Assembly (NCBI GenBank): GCA_041641295.1
Contig: JBEPYO010000001.1
Location: 1-64,000 of the forward strand
Length of the DNA: 64,000 bases
Source: Nitrososphaerota archaeon
Lineage (GTDB): Archaea; Thermoproteota; Nitrososphaeria_A; Caldarchaeales; Calditenuaceae
Reading direction: 5' to 3'
Under the pieces are notes generated by a model. It was not told the DNA's origin. It saw nothing but the letters and a program-made list of their open reading frames with translations, and ran no database searches. Every line of letters begins with the position of its first letter. The stretch's first letter is position 1. The translations under genes and the position numbers were made by a program. This document shows, piece after piece, positions 39,307-49,143 of this stretch.

Positions 39307-40113
39307 CTGAGCTCGAGGAAGCCTCAAGAAGATAAGGGGCAAACTGAGGATGATTTTTACCGCGTCCTCTGCCACCCGCTTAGGCGAAAGATCATTGTTC
39401 TGCTCCACGAAAGAATAGAGCTGTCATATTCTGAGATGTTAAGAGAGCTTGCGGTGGAGGAGGGTCTCTTCAACTTTCATCTAAGATCTATGCGTAAACT
39501 CATAGACATAACAGAGGATGGAAAATATGTCCTATCAAACATGGGAAGGCTTGCATACGACGTCATCACCAAGGTGCAGTCCAGCTTAGCCACCGTGGAC
39601 ACGCTCTTTCCGAAGCCAGCCCTCACCCACAACATATTGGCGAGAAGAGTCGCAGCCTTCCTTATCGACGGTCTAATCTTCTTCGTATTCAGCGGAGTAT
39701 GGTTAGACCCATTCCTCTGGAACGCTCTTATGCAATCGATAATGCACATCACCGAGCTGAGAGTTCTCCACCCCTGGCTATTCCACCCAGAGCATATCCC
39801 TGAGATCGGGGGATTGATCTTTCGAGTAGTTGCAGCCTACTCACATATCTTCTTCGCCATATTCATCACGCTCACACTACTGGATGCATACAAGGGTCAA
39901 ACCCCGGGACGCTATCTTCTCGGGATAAGAGTGGTAACAATAGCTAATCGAAGGCTGGATCTAATAGAAGCAGGGATAAGAAACATTGGGAAGGTCTTTC
40001 TACTCCCGCTGGACCTAATCATAGGCCTTCTCTTCTTTTACAAGCGCGGCTACATAAGATTCTTCGACTACTACACAAAAAGCAAAGTGGAGATGGTGAA
40101 AGGAGGTCTCTAG
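39307..40113 (+). CDS. Winged-HTH (ArsR-like) + RDD membrane-domain fusion; probable CTG start
   Basis: In-frame FYRVLCHPLRRKII upstream of the called ATG; RRVAAFLID and GQTPG RDD motifs. Confidence 0.72.
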   Translation: MSSRKPQEDKGQTEDDFYRVLCHPLRRKIIVLLHERIELSYSEMLRELAVEEGLFNFHLRSMRKLIDITEDGKYVLSNMGRLAYDVITKVQSSLATVDTLFPKPALTHNILARRVAAFLIDGLIFFVFSGVWLDPFLWNALMQSIMHITELRVLHPWLFHPEHIPEIGGLIFRVVAAYSHIFFAIFITLTLLDAYKGQTPGRYLLGIRVVTIANRRLDLIEAGIRNIGKVFLLPLDLIIGLLFFYKRGYIRFFDYYTKSKVEMVKGGL

Positions 40114-40435
40114 CAAGCATTAAAGGGTCTTAACAGGATGTAACAAAGAATGTTTTAAGGGGCCCGGTCATATCATCGCCTCCACACCAGCCTTGGCCAA
40201 GAGACATGTCTAGGCTGAAAGGCTTGGCAGAAGCGAAAAATGCGCCTCACCCCAGCTGCTGGGTATGATACACATCTATGCAGGATGGTTAGGATCTTCT
40301 CTTGACCCTTTTATTGGTTCCGGATACCTTTATAATTTATGGGTAAGGTAAGCAGATAACCATATCACAACATCAAAGAATTACACATACCGTGGAGACA
40401 TTGGTTTTAAATCATAGTTTTTATAGCACTGATGA

Positions 40436-41023
40436 ATGTTAAACGGTATCATGCACAATGTCACTATTAAGGTGTTAACACCAGCTCTGCTTGAGGATTA
40501 TCTAAAATTTTTTGACGAATACGCGTTCGCAGATAACCCACAATGGTTCGGCTGCTACTGCATGTATTTTCACTTCAACGGAAGTAATGAAGAATGGGAC
40601 GCCCGCCCTCCTTTAGAAAACCGAGACGCGGTCAGCGAACTTATCCGTCGTGGTAAGTTTCAAGGCCTTCTTGCATATGTTGATGGCAAGCCTGTTGGCT
40701 GGTGTCATGCTGCACCACGTATGGAAATGTCTAGACTAGGCACAATCCCTGAACTGCGGATTGAGGATGCTGAAAGAGTTGGCTCGATCGTCTGCTTTAT
40801 CATAGCTCACCCGTTTCGTCGCAGGGGAATTGCCCGCCTCTTGCTAGATGCTGCATGCGACTTGCTCTCTAGTCTGGGTCTCTCAATTGCAGAGGCCTAT
40901 CCAGTTAAGGAGGCGAAGACAGATGCAGAGAACTATAGAGGGCCACTAACCCTGTACTTGTCGGCTGGCTTCAAACCCTTCAGAGAACTTAAAGACACGA
41001 TAATAGTGCGTAAAACACTGTGA
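40436..41023 (+). CDS. GNAT family N-acetyltransferase
   Basis: CYC, VGWC, CFIIAHPFRRRGIA, EAYP, AGF. Confidence 0.88.
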   Translation: MLNGIMHNVTIKVLTPALLEDYLKFFDEYAFADNPQWFGCYCMYFHFNGSNEEWDARPPLENRDAVSELIRRGKFQGLLAYVDGKPVGWCHAAPRMEMSRLGTIPELRIEDAERVGSIVCFIIAHPFRRRGIARLLLDAACDLLSSLGLSIAEAYPVKEAKTDAENYRGPLTLYLSAGFKPFRELKDTIIVRKTL

Positions 41024-41252
41024 AGTAATTTATGACTTTGTTCAACCGCGGTCAGACATTTCGAGTGATTGGATCACATCAAGTGATCGTATAATTTTAG
41101 ATAACTCCTAAACTGTCTTCTGGCATATAGATATCACGCTTCGGAATACAAAACTAATGATTGGACATAAAATGGCGCAGCAGTTAAGCCAAGAGCAGGC
41201 CTCTTTTTGGGATATTTGTTTTGCTTGTTAGGCCCGTTCATGATGTATGCCC

Positions 41253-41618
41253 TTATAGGGGTTTGGCGTATTTGGCTACAGTATCTTGGGAAAGCTCCAG
41301 TGCTATGAATGGCTCGTCTCCAACAACCCACGCATCATGGCCAGGCAAGATTTCATAGGCGCTTCCAGGCTGCAGCTCAGCGACTTCCTTGCCATCACTC
41401 GCAACCACCTTAAGACGACCTGAAATCACATATCCTATGTGATGTAACTGACAACTATCAGTCTTTGTAATCGGCTTGATAGACTTTGACCACCTCCATC
41501 CAGGCTGCAGGATCATACGCATTATAGAGAATCCTCCTAGATTCACCACCTCTACTTTCCCGTTCTCAAAGCTTCTCACATCATCCGGCGATTCTAATCG
41601 TTTATTCCTTATGCTCAT
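41253..41618 (-). CDS. Cupin domain protein
   Basis: PGWRWS, CQLHH.GY.ISG, PGHDAWV. Confidence 0.85.
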   Translation of the reverse strand: MSIRNKRLESPDDVRSFENGKVEVVNLGGFSIMRMILQPGWRWSKSIKPITKTDSCQLHHIGYVISGRLKVVASDGKEVAELQPGSAYEILPGHDAWVVGDEPFIALELSQDTVAKYAKPL

Positions 41619-41775
41619 GACTAACTCTTATTTACGTACATATTAAGTCTAGCTGGCCCACCGATTTTAACGTAGTTCAACATGGATTAATAGGTAAACC
41701 GGGAGCACGTATGCGTGCCAATCCGTGTAGGGATATTATCCTTTGCCGCGGCATAGTTACAGATAATTTATCAGG

Positions 41776-42405
41776 TTAGTTTGTTTGTTTTTGTTTGAGT
41801 TTCTTGATTCTGGTGCGATACTTTTCTCTATAGAGTTGGAGGCATGAACGGCAACATAAGAAGGCGTATGCGCCTCCAGCCCTAAATGTAAGCGGCTCCC
41901 CTCTGATGGGTCCGCCACAGTAGTCACACTTCAGCTCGACCACTACCCCTTCTTCCAGTGGGAAACCTGGCTCATCCCTCAAACTACGGATAATCATGAT
42001 TACATTGTTTATCTCAAGTCCTTCGATGCGTGCTAGCTCTTCCTCGAACCGCTGGAATCCAACAAGGTCCTTGCAGGCAACCTTGATCAGTAGGTTACTT
42101 TCCCCACTTATGAGAAAGACACCACGTACCTGCTGCATAGCTAATATGCGTTCAATTATTTCTCTTGCCGTATTGCCTTTCACCTTGGCGAATATTAGGC
42201 CGGCGGCCCCCCTGCCGAACGACTCAAGGTCTAGAACTGGAATGAAGCCTTTGAGCAATCCAGCCTTCTTGAGGCGCTCGACCCTATATGCAATTGTAGG
42301 CGTTGTTGTTCTCAGGGTGCGGGCTATTTGTCTATATGATGCCCGCGCATCCCGCATGAGAGCCTGCAGTATTGCTATGTCTAACTTGTCAAGAGTTAGG
42401 GGCAT
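41776..42405 (-). CDS. copR: Lrp/AsnC regulator with C-terminal TRASH domain (archaeal CopR type)
   Basis: DKLD..IL..L..DAR HTH; CDYCG..LCCRSC. Confidence 0.82.
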   Translation of the reverse strand: MPLTLDKLDIAILQALMRDARASYRQIARTLRTTTPTIAYRVERLKKAGLLKGFIPVLDLESFGRGAAGLIFAKVKGNTAREIIERILAMQQVRGVFLISGESNLLIKVACKDLVGFQRFEEELARIEGLEINNVIMIIRSLRDEPGFPLEEGVVVELKCDYCGGPIRGEPLTFRAGGAYAFLCCRSCLQLYREKYRTRIKKLKQKQTN

Positions 42406-42467
42406 GCACAACATCATCACTATGGGGATATATATGGTTGCGGTACTTTTCATCCATAGAGCCCTGC

Positions 42468-43415
42468 TTATTCTGAAGCCATCTCCTCTACAAAATTCCA
42501 TTCAAAGACCCTGTCAACACCGTACAACCCTTTCAGGATAAGTCTGATAGAGCGGGGTTGGTAATCTAATGGTGGGAATGTTAGTATCCCGTCTCTATGA
42601 TGACCGCCCGGAGGAGATCCATTCCATGACTTTGGATAATAAATTCTACCATTATCGTCCTGAAGTATGGCGACAGAGAGCATGTCCCAATATAGGTCAC
42701 CTACGTGAGTATCCATTTTAATATTGAAGGAGAGTTCTTTGCCTACCGAGTATGGGAGTGGGGTCACCTCTACTGTCAGCCCATTTGCCTCACTGACTTG
42801 CTTGGGGAGCATTATCACGTTGCTGCTCTCCTGCTCTGATGACATGGCGACAGTACCTAGAATTCCCCAGCCCAGCATAAACGAGCCTATTATAACAGAA
42901 GTTACTAGTGCCGTATTTTTAGCCTTAGCCATATTTATACGCATCAATCCAGCTAGGATACCCTTGTCTTCATAGAGTCTGTGCCTCTGTATCAGGTTTA
43001 GCATGAAGGTGATGCCAACAACATTTGATAGCAGCCCTACGACGATGAGGTATGGTTGGTAGGCTGTAAGGAATATGGCCGCGGCCGTAAACCCTACCAG
43101 GGGCAAAACATCAGTTATGTGGTGGATGCAGCAAGCTAACATGGCGGTTGTTGAAACCCCTCCCGTTATGGATACGCAGGCAGTGCCTTCGTGTAGGGTT
43201 GCGGCTCTGTGTCTCGCGTAGGAGAAGAGTGAGACTTGGACACCAAATCCCGCCAACAATGGAATCATCAGAGGCGAGAGGAGAATAAACTGTTCAACGG
43301 CGGCCGCTAGAGACTGTGCAATAACCATTATGAAGAAATAGACGGTGAACAAAGCCCCGGCAGACAGCAAGCCGATGGCTACGTGCCTGTTCAAATAATT
43401 TGGCTTAGCTACCAT
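42468..43415 (-). CDS. Membrane protein with ACCxHH motif and His-bearing soluble C-terminal domain
   Basis: MLACCIHHITDVLP, MDTH, PPGGHHRDG; in the copper cluster. Confidence 0.7.
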   Translation of the reverse strand: MVAKPNYLNRHVAIGLLSAGALFTVYFFIMVIAQSLAAAVEQFILLSPLMIPLLAGFGVQVSLFSYARHRAATLHEGTACVSITGGVSTTAMLACCIHHITDVLPLVGFTAAAIFLTAYQPYLIVVGLLSNVVGITFMLNLIQRHRLYEDKGILAGLMRINMAKAKNTALVTSVIIGSFMLGWGILGTVAMSSEQESSNVIMLPKQVSEANGLTVEVTPLPYSVGKELSFNIKMDTHVGDLYWDMLSVAILQDDNGRIYYPKSWNGSPPGGHHRDGILTFPPLDYQPRSIRLILKGLYGVDRVFEWNFVEEMASE

Positions 43416-43568
43416 GGGGCATCCCCTCCAAAGAGATACCTTGTACTGCGCAACAATAGTCTGAAGACAGGCTGGGCAGCATCATGCATTACCTCCTTTC
43501 ATACATTAAATCCTTAAACTAAAAGATATGCCTTCCTTGTTACAAATAAAAAGTGTGAGACTCGCATA

Positions 43569-43584
43569 CTTTACATGTGTAAAG
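43569..43584. promoter_or_regulatory. Palindromic operator CTTTAC-N4-GTAAAG (copy 1)
   Basis: CTTTACATGTGTAAAG, about 8 nt upstream of TATTTATT and 38 nt before ATG 43622. Confidence 0.65.
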
Positions 43585-43621
43585 ACGGATGTATTTATTG
43601 GAGCAGGTCTTATACTATTTG

Positions 43622-44095
43622 ATGAAAGGTAAGAAAACAAAACGAAGGCAGCGAGGCCTCCTTGATGCATTGAAGGCAGCTCTTCCACTTATTCTGTTTA
43701 TTATCTTCTTGGGTTGGCTGCTCTGGCCTCAGACACCACAGTCATACTCACAGTCGCAGATAACGTCGCAGTCCCCGGCACAGTCTGGAGCTGGCAGGGT
43801 AGTAGAAGTCCAAGCAGATATGGCTGGCTTTAGACCAAATATAATCCGAGCAAGGGTGGGAGAGAAACTGACTGTAAGACTTGTCAGTCTAGACAATGAG
43901 TACCACGTTGATGGAGGGGGCAAGCACCAATTTGCCATCGACGAGATGGGTGTGAATATAGTCGCGCCTCCCTTAGGCGCAAGTGAAGCTTCCTTCACAC
44001 CTACTCAGGCAGGAACCTACGTATTTTACTGCGATATCTGTTGCGGCGGCCGTAATAACCCGTCAATGAGGGGCCAGTTAATAGTCGAGAGTTAG
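43622..44095 (+). CDS. Membrane-anchored cupredoxin with CxxCC motif
   Basis: TM; GEKLTV, HQF, GTYVFYCDICCGG..PSM.G. Confidence 0.8.
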   Translation: MKGKKTKRRQRGLLDALKAALPLILFIIFLGWLLWPQTPQSYSQSQITSQSPAQSGAGRVVEVQADMAGFRPNIIRARVGEKLTVRLVSLDNEYHVDGGGKHQFAIDEMGVNIVAPPLGASEASFTPTQAGTYVFYCDICCGGRNNPSMRGQLIVES

Positions 44096-44214
44096 AAACG
44101 ACTTCACGATTGATCGGTCTACTGCGGGTCACGTATTAAAAATCCGCCTAATAGGTTCCTCTCTTAAATGTGTATTCGTATAGTCTGATACATGTTAGAT
44201 TTTTAGTCCCCATT

Positions 44215-44230
44215 CTTTACATTCGTAAAG
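44215..44230. promoter_or_regulatory. Palindromic operator CTTTAC-N4-GTAAAG (copy 2)
   Basis: CTTTACATTCGTAAAG, about 8 nt upstream of TTTTTA and 42 nt before ATG 44272. Confidence 0.65.
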
Positions 44231-44271
44231 AGCTAGCTTTTTACTCGACTGTGCTCAATATTGTGGTGAAG

Positions 44272-44490
44272 ATGTTCGGGTTCGGGAAAGCTAAGGATCC
44301 TGTGTGTGGCATGAGCGTAGAAAAGAAGAAAGCGATCAAGAGAATTGTCGGAGGTGTTGAGTATTATTTTTGTAGCGAGCATTGTGCAAATGAATTTGAA
44401 AACAAGCATGGGGGGTCAGTTGAACTTGAAGAGGACGAGCTGCACAGCCACGGTGGACATAGAGGGCACCATCATACGGGCTGTTGTTGA
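44272..44490 (+). CDS. YHS/TRASH metallochaperone with His-rich tail
   Basis: DPVCGM..YYFCSEHC; tail HSHGGHRGHHHTGCC. Confidence 0.85.
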   Translation: MFGFGKAKDPVCGMSVEKKKAIKRIVGGVEYYFCSEHCANEFENKHGGSVELEEDELHSHGGHRGHHHTGCC

Positions 44491-44545
44491 TAACTGGTGC
44501 GGCTTACAAGACTTTTTGGACGTATCTCAGTAGAGGTGTAATTTT

Positions 44546-47077
44546 GTGAAGGAGAAGAAAATAGACCTGCAGATTGGTGGAATGCACTGCGCCTCATGCG
44601 CTCAGACGATAGAGAAGGCTCTAAGAGGCTTAGAAGGAGTGATAGATGTGAGTGTTAACTTCAATGCTGCTAAAGCTTACGTCGTGTATGACCCGGGTAA
44701 AGTGCACCTCTCTGACTTGAAGAGGATTATAAGTGATGTGGGGTATAGAGTTCTCACAAATAAGGTTACCTTAAAGATTGAGGGGATGACTTGCGCCTCC
44801 TGCGTCCAGAAGGTTGAGAATGCGCTCAGAAATGTGGATGGAGTCTTTGATGCTACGGTAAATTTGGCCTTGGGTAAGGCAACAGTCGAATACGCATCTG
44901 ACGTTAAAATTTCGGAGATGGTTAAAGCGGTCAGGGAGGTAGGTTATGAGGCGTCGGAGGCTGTTGAGGCAGAGCTGACGATTGACAGGGGAAAGCTTGA
45001 GAGGAGGAAGGAGATAAGACGGCAGACAATCAACCTTGCCCTTGCAACTCCACTAGCGTTGATAGTTATGCTGGGAGAGTTCCGCATGTATTGGCTGAAC
45101 TATTTTTATGTTCCCGAGTTTATGGAGAATAAATTCTTCCTCCTTGCTATCACTTCTATAGTAGTGTTTGGTCCTGCTAGGCAGTTCTTTGTTAACTCCT
45201 TTAGAGGGCTGATGCACGGCGCAACGGACATGAACCTTCTCTACGCCACAGGTATAGGCGCTGCATACTCAGTCAGCGCTTTCAGTACATTCTTCCCCTT
45301 CGGGGGTGGGCTCCCAAGCGTCTGGTTTGAGGCAGCAGCCCTTCTAACAGCCTTCATAGTCCTAGGACGCTTCCTAGAGGCTATAACGCGTGGAAGAACC
45401 TCAGAGGCCATCAGGAGGCTCATGGAGATTAAGCCTAAGACTGCGAGGGTGATCCGGGATGGTGAAGAGGTGGAGATATCAGCGGATGATGTTCAGATCG
45501 GGGATGTAGTCTTAGTGAGGCCAGGTGAAAGGATTCCCGTAGACGGTATAGTGATTGAAGGATACTCCTCCGTAGATGAGTCCATGATCACGGGGGAAAG
45601 TATGCCAGTGGACAAGAAGGTAGGTGATGAGGTTATAGGTGGAACGGTGAACAAGGCAGGCTTTCTCAAGTTTAGGGCAACTAAAGTTGGTAAGGATACC
45701 GCTTTAGCACAAATTATAAAGCTTGTTGAGCAGGCTCAGACCTCTAAGCTCCCAATTCAGAGGCTGGCAGACTGGGTTGCAGGAAACTTCATCTTCGCCA
45801 TACACGTTTTAGCTCTGATAACGTTTCTCTTCTGGTTCTTCATTGGCTATGAAGCATTCTTCGTACCTAAGGGCGAGGAGATCTTTACTGGGTTCTGGTA
45901 CCGCGTCGTTCCCCAAGCCTCTCCAGCCACACTCGCCCTGCTTATCTCAATAGCTGTACTAGTCATCTCATGCCCATGCGCCGTGGGCCTCGCCACTCCC
46001 TCAGCTGTTATGATGGGAACAGGCAAGGCGGCGGAGAACGGGATACTGATAAGAAGTGGTGAAGCCCTAGAAATGGCCCATAAGCTTGACGTCATCATCT
46101 TCGATAAGACAGGTACTCTAACTAAAGGGGAGCCGTCAGTAACCGATGTAGTGCTAAAGGCAGCACCAGCTATACGCGCCAACCCACATCCTCGTGACGA
46201 GAGATGGCTGCTCTTGATGGCGGCTATTGCTGAGAAGAGGTCGGAGCACCCGCTAGCGAAGGCAATTGTGAAAAGGGCTAGGGAACTTGGTCTCGACATA
46301 CCAGACCCAGAGTCATTTGAGGCTATACCGGGGCAGGGGGTCCAAGCAGCATACAATGGAAAGACAATCCTTCTAGGCAACAGAAAACTGATGACCAGCA
46401 AGGGAATAAGGATAGACGATCTGGAGGAGAAGATAGCAGCCCTGGAGGACGAGGGGAAGACAGTTATGATCCTCTCTTATGATGGCGAGGCCTGCGGAGT
46501 TATAGCGGTCGCAGACACTCTTAAGGAACACTCTGCAGAAGCCGTTAATATTATTCAGGAGATGGGCATCGAAGTTGCCATGCTCACCGGTGATAACAGG
46601 AGGACGGCAAACGCGATAGCTAAGCGTCTTGGCATTAAGCGTGTATTGGCAGAGGTCCTGCCGCAGGACAAGGCGGAGGAAGTAAGGAAGCTTCAGGCCG
46701 AGGGTAAGAAGGTGGGATTCGTAGGCGATGGAATCAACGATGCTCCGGCGCTAACCCAGGCGGATGTCGGCATAGCGCTAGGAAGTGGTACAGACATCGC
46801 GATGGAGGCGGGGAAGATAGTCCTTATCAAGGACGACCTCCGAGACGTGGTGAATGCCATCGACATCAGCAAACGCACTATGAGAAAGATTAAGGAGAAC
46901 TTGTTCTGGGCATTCTTCTATAACGCCACTGCCGTGCCATTAGGCATGGGCATCCTCTACCCGTCCATGAGCTTCGTAGTGAGCCCCGAACTAGCAGCCC
47001 TGCTAATGGCCCTCAGTTCTTTCACCGTAACCATGAACACCCTCACGATGAAGAGGATGAAGCCGAGAGTCAGGTGA
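44546..47077 (+). CDS. copA: Cu(I)-transporting P1B-type ATPase
   Basis: Two CASC HMA domains, TGES, CPC, DKTGT, SEHP, GDGIND, YN, MALSS. Confidence 0.96.
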   Translation: MKEKKIDLQIGGMHCASCAQTIEKALRGLEGVIDVSVNFNAAKAYVVYDPGKVHLSDLKRIISDVGYRVLTNKVTLKIEGMTCASCVQKVENALRNVDGVFDATVNLALGKATVEYASDVKISEMVKAVREVGYEASEAVEAELTIDRGKLERRKEIRRQTINLALATPLALIVMLGEFRMYWLNYFYVPEFMENKFFLLAITSIVVFGPARQFFVNSFRGLMHGATDMNLLYATGIGAAYSVSAFSTFFPFGGGLPSVWFEAAALLTAFIVLGRFLEAITRGRTSEAIRRLMEIKPKTARVIRDGEEVEISADDVQIGDVVLVRPGERIPVDGIVIEGYSSVDESMITGESMPVDKKVGDEVIGGTVNKAGFLKFRATKVGKDTALAQIIKLVEQAQTSKLPIQRLADWVAGNFIFAIHVLALITFLFWFFIGYEAFFVPKGEEIFTGFWYRVVPQASPATLALLISIAVLVISCPCAVGLATPSAVMMGTGKAAENGILIRSGEALEMAHKLDVIIFDKTGTLTKGEPSVTDVVLKAAPAIRANPHPRDERWLLLMAAIAEKRSEHPLAKAIVKRARELGLDIPDPESFEAIPGQGVQAAYNGKTILLGNRKLMTSKGIRIDDLEEKIAALEDEGKTVMILSYDGEACGVIAVADTLKEHSAEAVNIIQEMGIEVAMLTGDNRRTANAIAKRLGIKRVLAEVLPQDKAEEVRKLQAEGKKVGFVGDGINDAPALTQADVGIALGSGTDIAMEAGKIVLIKDDLRDVVNAIDISKRTMRKIKENLFWAFFYNATAVPLGMGILYPSMSFVVSPELAALLMALSSFTVTMNTLTMKRMKPRVR

Positions 47078-47295
47078 TGCAAATGAGCCGTGTGACTGCT
47101 AGGTTAGTTACAGCGGGCTCATGCCTATTGCTCGCCGGCCTAGTAACCACACTCTTTGTGCTGGCTGCACTACAGCTCGGCAAGTATTCGCAGATTGACA
47201 TCTACATAGGAGCCGCATGGGTCTTCACCCTCTCACTCATCATCTCATCACCAATATTGGTTCCGCTCATCCGCAAAAAGTTGAAAGGGGAATGA
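47074..47295 (+). CDS. Small 2-TM protein coupled to copA
   Basis: Overlaps the copA stop; two hydrophobic segments and a basic tail. Confidence 0.65.
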   Translation: MMQMSRVTARLVTAGSCLLLAGLVTTLFVLAALQLGKYSQIDIYIGAAWVFTLSLIISSPILVPLIRKKLKGE

Positions 47296-47364
47296 ACGGG
47301 GCAGCTGTTCCGGGTTGATATGAGGGAAGCGATTGGAGATTGGAATCGTGAATATGTACGCGTG

Positions 47365-47982
47365 TTAGAATGGGTTGAGTATCCCAAGCCTTAGATTAGC
47401 CATCACATAGATTAAGGCCAGCTGGAAGATCGCTTGGCTTCCAGTCATCCTGAAGATGCGAAGACCTAGCCGGACTATCTTATCCTTGTCCGGAACCTCC
47501 TTCCTCAGCTCCCTGTATATCCTTATCTCACTGGGTAATATTATTCCGAAGCCCTGTATCACAAGGACAGTCACTACCACAACGGCTATCACAATCATGG
47601 GATACTTAAAGTCAAGAATGTTGTAGCGTAGAGCCAATGTAATTCCTGATGTTATTGCCACCCCCGCTAGGACAGGCACGAAGAATACCGCGATTGGAAC
47701 TATCCTCTTTACAAACTCTGCCCGAGAATCTGGAGTGAGCCCCTTCATCACCCGGCTCAACACCAGCCCATAGAACAAGTCTATACCGGTCCATGTCCCA
47801 CCTGTTATGACGTGCGTATAAATGAGGAGCCTGAGATCTCTAGACGCAAGCGCTATGATGAGACCAGCTATCGGTACGATTAATGTGGCGTATGATAGTG
47901 GGGTAACAGTCCGGGGTGCAGGAACTCCCTCCTGCATGTGCTTGGAACCGGCGGGTGGGATAAAACTCTTCCACATGTACAC
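47365..47982 (-). CDS. Hypothetical multi-TM protein (DUF2269-like)
   Basis: YTHVITGGTWTGIDLF; hydrophobic; start uncertain. Confidence 0.6.
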   Translation of the reverse strand: MYMWKSFIPPAGSKHMQEGVPAPRTVTPLSYATLIVPIAGLIIALASRDLRLLIYTHVITGGTWTGIDLFYGLVLSRVMKGLTPDSRAEFVKRIVPIAVFFVPVLAGVAITSGITLALRYNILDFKYPMIVIAVVVVTVLVIQGFGIILPSEIRIYRELRKEVPDKDKIVRLGLRIFRMTGSQAIFQLALIYVMANLRLGILNPF

Positions 47983-48194
47983 GTGAGTGACATATAAAAT
48001 AAATATGAGATTATGGTGAGCTGATTACTGTATTTTCTACCCTGTCTCTTAATCTCTTCTATACTAGAATTGCATTTTCGCAGGGGTGGGCAGAGCTCAG
48101 GCAAGCTATATGAAATTTAGAACGTTGAGGGCGCCTACAATGTAAGAGGGGGCCGTCTTTAGGCCATCTACATGGCAGATTCCGTGTCTGGCGA

Positions 48195-48902
48195 CTAGTG
48201 GGTGGTCAGAGCTCCCCAGAGTATGAGGGCCGACACAATTACCATGACGACGCCAAGCCACAGCTTCGCTAGCCCATGCCTACTCGTCAGCCATCTGCGT
48301 ACCCGAACTGCCACATGCCTATTGGTACAAATCAGTAGTATGGTTGTGGAGGGGGTTATGAAGAGTGTGTTGTAGAGAAAGAGGTAGAAGAGATTCAGGC
48401 TACTCTGCATAGAGAGGGTTGAAAGAAATAGCGTATATATTCCGCCTGTACATGCGCAGGGAAAGCTATGCAGCCCAGTAAGTACGCCAGCCCCTATAAG
48501 TGCTGGGAACGCCACCATTTTTGTCAACTGAACAGCACCCTTCTTCATCAAATATACAGCACCTTTTGCAAAGTATTCTGAGACATTGTATATCGGCAAC
48601 AGGCCCGGGTAAAAGTAATTTACTATGTTGGCGGATCCTATAAAAAGCATGATCGCGGCGCTGATTCTGGCTAATATGTGAGGAACAGTTGGGAACCCCG
48701 AGATAGATATGAGGAAGCCGAGCCCGACAACAAAGTACGATGCATAGACTGCGGCAATGAAGGCAGCACCCATCAATAGGGTTTGGATCCTACTCAAACC
48801 AAATGTAAACATCAGGGATATCAGTAGAGCGGTTATACTAAGAACGCAGATATTTAGACCATCAACCAGAGCGAGGGGCAAAAGGTACGAGATCTCCGAC
48901 AT
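48195..48902 (-). CDS. CcdA/DsbD-like transmembrane thiol-redox protein
   Basis: DGLNICV and FPCACTGGIY Cys motifs, YN..F..P. Confidence 0.7.
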   Translation of the reverse strand: MSEISYLLPLALVDGLNICVLSITALLISLMFTFGLSRIQTLLMGAAFIAAVYASYFVVGLGFLISISGFPTVPHILARISAAIMLFIGSANIVNYFYPGLLPIYNVSEYFAKGAVYLMKKGAVQLTKMVAFPALIGAGVLTGLHSFPCACTGGIYTLFLSTLSMQSSLNLFYLFLYNTLFITPSTTILLICTNRHVAVRVRRWLTSRHGLAKLWLGVVMVIVSALILWGALTTH

Positions 48903-49143
48903 ACCCCTTTTACGGATATCCAACCCCACATTCCTATATATGTCTTGTTATTGTTATGTATGAAATGTTAGAACCGTTTATACACACCAGCCCATTCTCT
49001 TCTCGGAAATGAGGACTGAAAAATTTTCGCCTAAAGGGTATAGAAATTTTGCGTCCAAAGCCAAAATATGTCCACGACCACCACGCCGGTTATGATTAGA
49101 CTCTGACAAACTTTAATTAGTTCTTTGATAGCATCTTTGTGGG

